A stretch of 64,000 nucleotides of DNA, taken from positions 1,341 to 65,340 of the forward strand of contig JBPOIB010000001.1 of assembly GCA_052034935.1 (NCBI GenBank), read 5' to 3'. Origin of the DNA: Candidatus Moraniibacteriota bacterium. GTDB lineage: Bacteria; Patescibacteriota; Minisyncoccia; Moranbacterales; UBA1568. This document shows, piece after piece, positions 56,965-64,000 of the stretch. Position numbers and translations under genes: made by a program. The notes under the pieces were generated by a model that was not told the DNA's origin, did no database searches, and saw nothing but the letters and a program-made list of their open reading frames with translations. Numbering within the stretch: the first letter of the stretch is position 1; every line of letters begins with the position of its first letter.

Positions 56965-58023
56965 ATGGAAAAAATGAATGAAACAAGCGGCGGTTCGAGC
57001 ACGTGGTCGCATTGGCGCGGCGTCATCAAGATGCTCGTCTACACGCTTGTCGGCATCGTGCTCGTTGTCGCGCTCATCTTTGGCTACTTCAATCTTCCTG
57101 GCCCGGCGCCGCGCGAAGACGTCCATCTCGGCATGACGTTCTCCTCTCGTTACGCAACCGATCTCGGGCTCGACTGGCAGGAAACGTATAAGGCACTCCT
57201 CGACGATATCGGCGTGAAGAAACTCCGTCTCCCGGTCTACTGGGATCTGGCTGAAAGAGAGAAAGGGGTCTATGACTTCGCGGATATCGACTGGCAATTA
57301 GCTGAGGCGAAGAAACGCGATGCCACGGTGATTCTCGTGGTCGGCATCAAGGTTCCACGCTGGCCCGAGTGCCATATCCCGAGCTGGGCAAAGGATGACG
57401 AAAGCGTGCGCCAAGCCGGGATGCTCAGTTTCATCCAGCAAGTAGTGCTTCGCTACAAGGATGACCCGACAATCACGAAGTGGCAGGTCGAGAATGAGCC
57501 GTTTCTCAGCTTCGGCATCTGCCCGAAGTTCAATGTCGCTTTTCTCGAGAAGGAGATTGCGCTCGTGAAGCGGCTCGATTCCTCGCGGCCGATACTCTTG
57601 ACCGATAGCGGCGAGCTTTCACTCTGGTACGGAGCTGCGCGCCGAGGTGATGAGTTCGGAACGACACTGTACCGCGATATCTACAGTGAAAAAGCCGGTG
57701 GTTACTTCACCTATCCAGTCGGGCCGAATTTCTTCCGGACCAAGGAATTCTTCGTTCGCCTCTTTTCCGATCAGGAGAAATTCAGCGTCATCGAGCTCCA
57801 GGCGGAGCCCTGGGCCTCCGGCTGGGTGGCCAATGTTTCGCTCGAGGAGCAGTTCCAGACGATGAATGAGAGCCGGCTGGAAGAAAATGTCACCTATACC
57901 CGTCGCGTCGGATTTGAGGATATCTATCTCTGGGGCGGGGAGTGGTGGTACTGGCTCAAGACAAAAAAAGACTATCCGGCCGTGTGGGAGAAGGGGAAGG
58001 AACTGTTTGAACGGTATCCTTAA
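56965..58023 (+). CDS. membrane-anchored glycoside hydrolase, clan GH-A (GH5/GH113-like; catalytic NEP and second Glu in LQAEPW)
   Basis: 352 aa; N-terminal TM anchor; WQVENEPF acid/base motif and IELQAEPW nucleophile context. Confidence 0.6.
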   Translation: MEKMNETSGGSSTWSHWRGVIKMLVYTLVGIVLVVALIFGYFNLPGPAPREDVHLGMTFSSRYATDLGLDWQETYKALLDDIGVKKLRLPVYWDLAEREKGVYDFADIDWQLAEAKKRDATVILVVGIKVPRWPECHIPSWAKDDESVRQAGMLSFIQQVVLRYKDDPTITKWQVENEPFLSFGICPKFNVAFLEKEIALVKRLDSSRPILLTDSGELSLWYGAARRGDEFGTTLYRDIYSEKAGGYFTYPVGPNFFRTKEFFVRLFSDQEKFSVIELQAEPWASGWVANVSLEEQFQTMNESRLEENVTYTRRVGFEDIYLWGGEWWYWLKTKKDYPAVWEKGKELFERYP

Positions 58024-58050
58024 ACGAAAGCCTAAAGTATATAGCCATAT

Positions 58051-58455
58051 ATGAATGCTAAAGTACTGCGGGTTATACAGATTGCGAATATTGTGGTGAT
58101 GTTAGCATTTGCCCCGGTCGGATTTTTTGTATTACTTTTTGCATTTTCAAGTATGGTCGACACTCATTCTTTAGGTAAGATAGGGATCATCAGTTTCGGG
58201 TATCTTGTAGCTATTATTGCTGGTCTACTTTCGTTTAAAAGAAACTTTTTGCTTGTAGTTAGTTTGTTGGGTTGGGGGATTGTCTGCTGGGGACAGTATG
58301 GATATGAAGATAGTGTTGGAGCGAAAAAAGAGCAAACTTTACTGTGCCAATTAATAAGGCAAAAATCTCAGTGTACTGAAGATATAAACGGCATGGTAAG
58401 TTGTACGGGGAGCTTGGCCGGCACTTCAGCAGATTGTAAAGGTGTCCCAAAATGA
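58051..58455 (+). CDS. hypothetical small membrane protein (3 TM, Cys-rich tail)
   Basis: 134-aa ORF in AT-rich patch; 4-nt overlap with downstream methyltransferase gene. Confidence 0.4.
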   Translation: MNAKVLRVIQIANIVVMLAFAPVGFFVLLFAFSSMVDTHSLGKIGIISFGYLVAIIAGLLSFKRNFLLVVSLLGWGIVCWGQYGYEDSVGAKKEQTLLCQLIRQKSQCTEDINGMVSCTGSLAGTSADCKGVPK

Positions 58456-58976
58456 TTCTCATCCTCGACAATCTCCGGAGCGCACATAATGTCGGAGCGC
58501 TTTTTCGGACGGCCGACGGTGCCGGTGTGACCCAGGTCTACTTGGTCGGCATCACGCCGAAGCCGGCCGAGCCCAACCGACTCTATCTGACGCTCGCCGA
58601 AAAGACCCTGAAGAAGACGGCACTCGGCGGCGAAGAAAGCGTGCCGTGGACGGCCGTGAAGACGCTTCCACTCGTTATCCGGAAATTGAAGGCGACCGGA
58701 GTGGAGATCGTCGCACTCGAGGAGGGGGAGGATATCGATAGCATCGATTACCGCAACTTCCAGCTCGAGAAAGGGAAGAGCGATGTGGCGCTCGTCGTCG
58801 GGAATGAAGTTTCCGGCCTCGATGCGAAAGCACTCGCTTTGGCCGATACGGTCATCCATCTCCCGATGCGCAGTACCAAGAATTCGCTCAATGTTTCGGT
58901 CGCCGGTGGTATTGCCTTGTACCACCTGTCGGATACAATGGAGACACTGGAACGAAAAAAAACTAAACACGGCTGA
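58452..58976 (+). CDS. SpoU/TrmH-family RNA 2'-O-methyltransferase
   Basis: 174 aa; SPOUT motifs LDNLRSAHNVGALFRTADGAG, LVVGNEVSGL, IHLPMRSTKNSLNVSVAGGIALY. Confidence 0.8.
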   Translation: MILILDNLRSAHNVGALFRTADGAGVTQVYLVGITPKPAEPNRLYLTLAEKTLKKTALGGEESVPWTAVKTLPLVIRKLKATGVEIVALEEGEDIDSIDYRNFQLEKGKSDVALVVGNEVSGLDAKALALADTVIHLPMRSTKNSLNVSVAGGIALYHLSDTMETLERKKTKHG

Positions 58977-58978
58977 AC

Positions 58979-59692
58979 ATGAAAAAAGAAGCGAAACAGA
59001 AGAAAATCGCTATTCTCGATATCGATGGAACGATTTTCCGCAAAAACCTCCATTTTGAGCTGATCAATGAATTGGCTTGGATGAAGGTCTTCCCGAATAG
59101 CGTGCGGCATCGGCTGACCGAAGTCTACAGCGGCTGGCTCGAGCACTCCGGCACGTACGAAGATTACCGGAAAGCGATCGTCGAGATCTATGCGGAACAT
59201 ATCAAGGGAGTATCCGAGTCGTCGGTCTATGAGGCGGCACGCGTCGTCGTTCCGTTTCATGCGAAGCGGACATACATCTTTTCCGAGGCGCTCATCAGGG
59301 AGCTCCGCGAGAAAGGGTATCATCTTCTCGCTATTTCCGGATCGCCGCTCGAGATCGTCGAAGAGTACAATCGCCACCATCTCCATTTTGACGGTGTCTT
59401 CGGGAGCGTCTATACCAAAGACGAGCAAGGGATATACACGGGCGAGGCGGAGTTCGAGCCGTCGCGGAACAAGGGCGAGGTCTTGAAGCAGTACGTCTAT
59501 GAGCACGGCCTCACGCTCGAGGATTCCTACGGGATAGGCGATACCGAAAGCGACGGAAGCTTCCTCCGGATGGTCGATCACCCGATCGCCTTCAATCCGA
59601 ATCAGAACCTGAAAGCGATGGCGGAAAAGGAGGGCTGGCGCATCGTCGTCGAGAAAAAGGACGTCATCTACGAAATCAACCAGAAGCCGTAA
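58979..59692 (+). CDS. HAD-superfamily hydrolase, subfamily IB (phosphoserine-phosphatase-like)
   Basis: 237 aa; motif I ILDIDGTIF, capping domain, motif IV GIGDTESDGSFL. Confidence 0.75.
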   Translation: MKKEAKQKKIAILDIDGTIFRKNLHFELINELAWMKVFPNSVRHRLTEVYSGWLEHSGTYEDYRKAIVEIYAEHIKGVSESSVYEAARVVVPFHAKRTYIFSEALIRELREKGYHLLAISGSPLEIVEEYNRHHLHFDGVFGSVYTKDEQGIYTGEAEFEPSRNKGEVLKQYVYEHGLTLEDSYGIGDTESDGSFLRMVDHPIAFNPNQNLKAMAEKEGWRIVVEKKDVIYEINQKP

Positions 59693-59826
59693 TACGCGAT
59701 CGCTATGAACCTGAACAAGTCGCTTGATGATTTCCTGAAGAAGACGCTCTGGCTCTGGCTGCCGTTCTACGCCTTCCGCATCCTCTTGAAGGAATTCGGC
59801 GCCTGGATGGGCGGCCGGAAATAAAT

Positions 59827-60222
59827 ATGGAGCGCGATCGTTTCTACACGATTTTCTCACCCCGTCTCCTCATGCTCCTGCTCTGGTGCGCAGTGATTTT
59901 CGCTTTTTCACATCGGCCAGGAAGCGGTATCCCGTTCGACCCGCCGCTCTGGTATGTGCTGGAGCGGAAATCCGCTCATGTGTTCGAATACGCCGTGCTG
60001 GCGCTCCTCGCGTGGCGCTACTTCGCCGCAGTCTTCCAGAAAGAATCCTTCAATCGGATTCTCCTCTTGGCCGGATCCTTTGCGCTCGCCTACGGCATGC
60101 TCGACGAGCTTCATCAGTTTTTCATTTTCGGCCGTGGCGCCCGGTTTACCGATGTCGCGGTCGACCTCCTCGGCATCACGCTCGCGCTTGGAGCAATCAT
60201 CTTTTGGCAGCGCCGGCGATGA
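59827..60222 (+). CDS. VanZ-family membrane protein
   Basis: 131 aa, 4 TM, conserved HxxEYAVLA and LDELHQ motifs. Confidence 0.7.
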   Translation: MERDRFYTIFSPRLLMLLLWCAVIFAFSHRPGSGIPFDPPLWYVLERKSAHVFEYAVLALLAWRYFAAVFQKESFNRILLLAGSFALAYGMLDELHQFFIFGRGARFTDVAVDLLGITLALGAIIFWQRRR

Positions 60223-60296
60223 TATACTGAAGGGTATATGACTCTCACTCGCGCTCGGACTATTCAATATATCGGTTCACCCCGTTAGAGACAGCT

Positions 60297-60557
60297 ATGC
60301 AGTACGTTTACGTCTTGAAAAGTACAAAAGACGGCAAGTGGTACACTGGCTGTACTGAGGATATACGGAAGCGTTTCAAAGAACATAATGATCGAAAAGT
60401 TGAGTCTACCAAAGACCGAGGTCCATTCGAAATCATTTACTACGAAGCCTGCATTGATGCACATGACGCCTTTACACGTGAGAAATATCTCAAGACCGGT
60501 ATGGGCAAACGCTATCTCAAGAACCGATTGAAACGCTTCCTGTCTCTAACGGGGTAA
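60297..60557 (+). CDS. GIY-YIG domain protein (YhbQ/UPF0213-like)
   Basis: 86 aa; YVYVLKS...GKWYTGCTEDIRKRFKEHN matches GIY-x10-YIG core with catalytic R/E; lower GC than neighbours. Confidence 0.75.
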   Translation: MQYVYVLKSTKDGKWYTGCTEDIRKRFKEHNDRKVESTKDRGPFEIIYYEACIDAHDAFTREKYLKTGMGKRYLKNRLKRFLSLTG

Positions 60558-60570
60558 ATCCTTTTTCGCC

Positions 60571-63500
60571 ATGAGCATTACTCGAAGTCGTACTATACAG
60601 TGGGTAGGAATAATTATTGCAGCGATGCTGATAGCCGTGGGCTATTGGTATTTCTCTGTCCGTGCCGGAGTGAAGTCGAATACCGCGAGTAGCCAGCCTC
60701 AGGGTGTAGGGCGACTGGATAGTGGTTTGGCTGGGTATTGGGCGATGGATAATGGCAGTGGGACGACCGCGACGGATGCGAGTACCAATGGCAATAACGG
60801 AACCCTGACCAACGGTCCGGCGTGGACGACGGGGCAGATCGGAAGCGCAGTGAGTCTTGATGGAGTGGATGATTATGTTAGCACGGGCACGACACTTACC
60901 TCGACAGATTCCATCACTCTCTCGGCGTGGGTGAAGGGCGATACTCCGACAACGGATTTTCCTATCTTTGGTCATACCAACGGTCAAGCTGGGTCGGATC
61001 ATCAATGCCTTTTCTATGATAATGGTGGGACGGAAAATCTCTATTTCTCGAATGGTGGGGGTGGTTCAGTGAACGTTCAGGTATCTGGTACGGGTGCGAC
61101 CCTTGGCACGAGCTGGCATCATGTTGTCTATACGAATAATGGCACCAAAAATAGCCTCTATCTCGATGGGATTCGTCTGGTAGAAACGACATCAAATGCA
61201 TTAACTTCGGCTGCTGAGCAAAATCTTGAAATTGGTCGGTGTCAGACTGGCGGGGGAACATTTTATTTCGACGGTCTAATCGATGAAGCCCGGGTATACC
61301 GTCGAGCGCTCTCCGCTGATGAAATTAGCCAGCTCTATCGTTTAACGGCACCCACGAGCGTCGATACCAGCCTCAAAGGCTACTGGTCGTTTGATGGTCA
61401 GGATATTTCAAGCACGACCGCTTATGATCGGAGCGGCGCGGGGAATAATGGAACACTAACCAATAGTCCGACGATTATCCAAGGACCAGCGGGCCAGGCA
61501 TTGAGATTTAATGGAAGCACCAATTATGTATCGCTTGGCACCCCGGCGAGCCTGGGCTTTGCGCCGAGTACCGCCCATACCGTCTCTGCCTGGACCAACA
61601 CGACATTGAGTAAAACCAGTTCGGGTCTTTTCCAAACCATAGTGGCACTTGGCTCAATGGGCTGCTGTGGGACAGAGTCCTCGCTTTCTATATTGGATAG
61701 TGGTGGTAGTGGTATATACCAATTTCGGTTTGCGCTATCAGGGATTGGCAACATCAACTCTACATTTGATATCGTTCCCAACACGTGGTATCACGTCGTG
61801 GGAGTCTGGGATGGAACGACCGCGTATATCTACATAAATGGTGTGCTTAATATCTCCGGTACTCTCTCAGGATCTATCAATAATTGGACGAACAATGCTT
61901 ATATCGGAGCAGCAGACGGACCCGGTTCTTTCTTCAATGGCTCTATTGACGAAGTTCGCGTCTACAATCGCGTCCTTACCGCGGCCGAGATCAAGAGTCA
62001 GTATGATGCGGCAGCACCGGATAAAACCAACTCGAGTAGTTCGCAGGCTCAGGGGACCGGCCGACTCGATAGCGGTCTCGCTGGCTACTGGAAGCTCGAC
62101 GATGGGAGTGGTACCACACCGGTGGACAGTAGCACCACTGGTCACAACGGCACATTTTCTGGCAGTCCAACCTGGACCACGGGCCAAATCAACGGAGCAC
62201 TCAACTTCACCGGGACCGAGTCAGTATCGGTGGGGTCATTCTCGCTCAGTCGAGGCACGATCACAGCCTGGGTCGCTCCGGATGCTTCCCAGTTTGGTGC
62301 TGATGCGACGTACAATGTTTTTGGGGGGACATGGTCAGGAGGCGGTTTCGATTTGTATCATTGGCTTACGAATGGGTCTGGGAGTGCTGAGAATGTCGTT
62401 GCTTCGATAACTGGACCCTTTGGTTCCACTATGGCCTGTAACCTCGGTGCAAACACTGCCACAGTAGCGTCCACGGACTGGGTTTTCTATACTCTCACCT
62501 TTGACACGACCAGCGGGTGTACGGTGTATCGCAATGCTGTGCCGGGCAATTTTACAGCCGGTTCTACTGTTACTTTGGGAGCGCAGACATACGGTATTGG
62601 TACTACGGGGTATTACGGTAGTGGGAAGTGGAAAGGAAAGATTGATGAAGTGCGAGTCTATGATCGAATCCTCTCGGCATCTGAGATCGCTCAGATTTAC
62701 AATCTCACCACCCCGACCGGGACGGATACGAGTCTGAAAGGCTATTGGTCATTCAATGGTAAGGACATGAGTGGTACGACCACGGCCTATGATCGGAGTG
62801 GCTTGGGGAGCACAGGAACCCTGACTGGTGGACCCACGATTATCAACGGCATTATCGGGCAGGGTCTATCATTTGATGGGTCGAATGACTATGTAAACTT
62901 GGGCGTGAGCACGCCGTATCAATTCGCCAACACAACTTTCACAGTGACTGGGTGGTTTAAATCGAGTCCGGGCGTCAATGGGGGAGCCTTCGTCGCTCAG
63001 GGTGGGGTGGCCGGACAGGGTGGGTGGCTTGTGGGACTCAATGGCGACACCACAGGGAAATTATCAGCCGTGCTGAAAAATACGGATGGCGGACAGACAG
63101 GGCGATTGTCGAGTAGAACCGGATTCAATGACAATAACTGGCATCAGTTTGCCTTCATCGTGACGACCAATACGTCGACGTATACAGGGAATAGTCTCGT
63201 TATCTACGCCGATGGCATGCTCCAGTCGAGCACGGCCAATTCTGATTCGACGAGCGGAGGGTATGATACCGATACTTCGACGGCGCTTCTCGGCGCGCGC
63301 GGTTCGGGGAGCGATGCTTTTTTCACTGGCGGGTTGGACGAAGTGCGCATCTACAATCGTGCTCTGACAGCGGCCGAGATCCAAGGGCAATATGATGCGG
63401 TCAAGCCAGACAAGACCAACTCGAGCACTACCCAACCGCAGGGAGTCGGGCGGCTTGATTCAGGATTGGCTGGTTATTGGAAGCTTGACGAAACGACCGG

Positions 63501-64000
63501 ATCGACGGCCACTGACAGCAGTACTAGTGGTAACAACGGTACACTCAGCAATATGGAAAACGGGGACTGGGTGGCCAGCCAAATCGGGAACGGACTTTCT
63601 TTTGATGGGACGAATGAAAGCGTCGTCGTGAGCGCCGGGACAGGGGTTTTGAATGCTTCGCAGAATGTTACGCTGTCTACTTGGGTCTATCCACGGTCGC
63701 CGGGTAGTTACCAGGGCATAATTTACAAAGGAATCAGCGGCTGCGACGAGGGGTCAGCGAGCTATATGTTGGAACTCAATGTCAGTGGCTCTCCCACTCT
63801 CTGGGTAGGTGGATCACAGCTGGTGGCAAGCGACTTGTCGCTTACTGCCAATCAGTGGCAGCATTTGGTAGCGACCAATGGTGCCGGTGGTTCAGCTCTC
63901 TATCTCAATGGGGTACTCGTTAAATCGGGCGCGGCCCTTCCGGCCCCGAGCTCTTCCTCGGAGGACTGGCGTTTCAATTATTGCAATCGCTTTGACGGCA
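60571..64000 (+). CDS. giant repetitive surface protein with tandem LamG/concanavalin-A-like lectin modules; 3'-partial (continues beyond window)
   Basis: Frame open from ATG 60571 to window end (>1140 codons); N-terminal TM anchor IIIAAMLIAVGYWYF; repeating ~450-aa units each with two modules (QGxGRLDSGLAGYW...GNNGTL...IDEARVYxRALSAxEI and SLKGYWSF..AYDRSG.G..GTLT...IDEVRVYNRVLTAAEI); not in the ORF track because no stop within window. Confidence 0.7.
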   Translation, partial: MSITRSRTIQWVGIIIAAMLIAVGYWYFSVRAGVKSNTASSQPQGVGRLDSGLAGYWAMDNGSGTTATDASTNGNNGTLTNGPAWTTGQIGSAVSLDGVDDYVSTGTTLTSTDSITLSAWVKGDTPTTDFPIFGHTNGQAGSDHQCLFYDNGGTENLYFSNGGGGSVNVQVSGTGATLGTSWHHVVYTNNGTKNSLYLDGIRLVETTSNALTSAAEQNLEIGRCQTGGGTFYFDGLIDEARVYRRALSADEISQLYRLTAPTSVDTSLKGYWSFDGQDISSTTAYDRSGAGNNGTLTNSPTIIQGPAGQALRFNGSTNYVSLGTPASLGFAPSTAHTVSAWTNTTLSKTSSGLFQTIVALGSMGCCGTESSLSILDSGGSGIYQFRFALSGIGNINSTFDIVPNTWYHVVGVWDGTTAYIYINGVLNISGTLSGSINNWTNNAYIGAADGPGSFFNGSIDEVRVYNRVLTAAEIKSQYDAAAPDKTNSSSSQAQGTGRLDSGLAGYWKLDDGSGTTPVDSSTTGHNGTFSGSPTWTTGQINGALNFTGTESVSVGSFSLSRGTITAWVAPDASQFGADATYNVFGGTWSGGGFDLYHWLTNGSGSAENVVASITGPFGSTMACNLGANTATVASTDWVFYTLTFDTTSGCTVYRNAVPGNFTAGSTVTLGAQTYGIGTTGYYGSGKWKGKIDEVRVYDRILSASEIAQIYNLTTPTGTDTSLKGYWSFNGKDMSGTTTAYDRSGLGSTGTLTGGPTIINGIIGQGLSFDGSNDYVNLGVSTPYQFANTTFTVTGWFKSSPGVNGGAFVAQGGVAGQGGWLVGLNGDTTGKLSAVLKNTDGGQTGRLSSRTGFNDNNWHQFAFIVTTNTSTYTGNSLVIYADGMLQSSTANSDSTSGGYDTDTSTALLGARGSGSDAFFTGGLDEVRIYNRALTAAEIQGQYDAVKPDKTNSSTTQPQGVGRLDSGLAGYWKLDETTGSTATDSSTSGNNGTLSNMENGDWVASQIGNGLSFDGTNESVVVSAGTGVLNASQNVTLSTWVYPRSPGSYQGIIYKGISGCDEGSASYMLELNVSGSPTLWVGGSQLVASDLSLTANQWQHLVATNGAGGSALYLNGVLVKSGAALPAPSSSSEDWRFNYCNRFDG

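Overview
This 64 kb window is a densely packed housekeeping stretch of a small, moderately GC-rich bacterial chromosome with several AT-rich insertions and no novel multi-gene system that I can name confidently.

Nearly all genes are short-spaced core functions: ligA, gatCAB (split, with gatB 8 kb from gatCA), secE-nusG-rplK-rplA, rpmF-nusB-rnc-smc-rpsP, rplJ-rplL, dnaE, dnaX, miaA, mnmA, mutY, lgt, purC and a complete dTTP module (dcd-thyX-kinase-tmk-dut plus a DNPH1-like N-hydrolase). Three tandem pseudopilin genes open the window, and a giant LamG-repeat surface protein runs off the 3' edge. That gene content, together with a membrane protein paired with a VirD4/TraD-like ATPase, is typical of a reduced Patescibacteria/CPR-like genome; the taxonomic call is inference only.

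Features that stand out against this core:
- An AT-rich 1.3 kb insertion between gatA and secE carries a predicted HEPN-type protein (RNxxxH motif) and a tail-anchored membrane protein. It is the best candidate in the window for an uncharacterised toxin or defence-like module.
- An AT-rich two-gene islet (YqeK-like HD hydrolase and an alpha/beta hydrolase) sits at the 3' end of a tRNA-Gln(UUG), with no integrase.
- An 18-codon leader ORF with a strong SD and an embedded terminator-like hairpin lies immediately upstream of a Na+/H+ antiporter gene.
- An extra low-GC3 ORF or leader is inserted between rplK and rplA.
- Two diverged paralogous glucosaminidase-like genes share an exactly identical 41-nt stretch.
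- A sigma-70 region 4 / HARE-HTH fusion protein and a tandem-domain ThyX are present.

No rRNA, CRISPR array, integrase, transposase or reverse transcriptase was seen. Many long antisense ORFs in the six-frame track are GC-driven artefacts. My nucleotide counts disagreed with the ORF track by about 1 nt around 21.3-22.3 kb, so I used track coordinates there.
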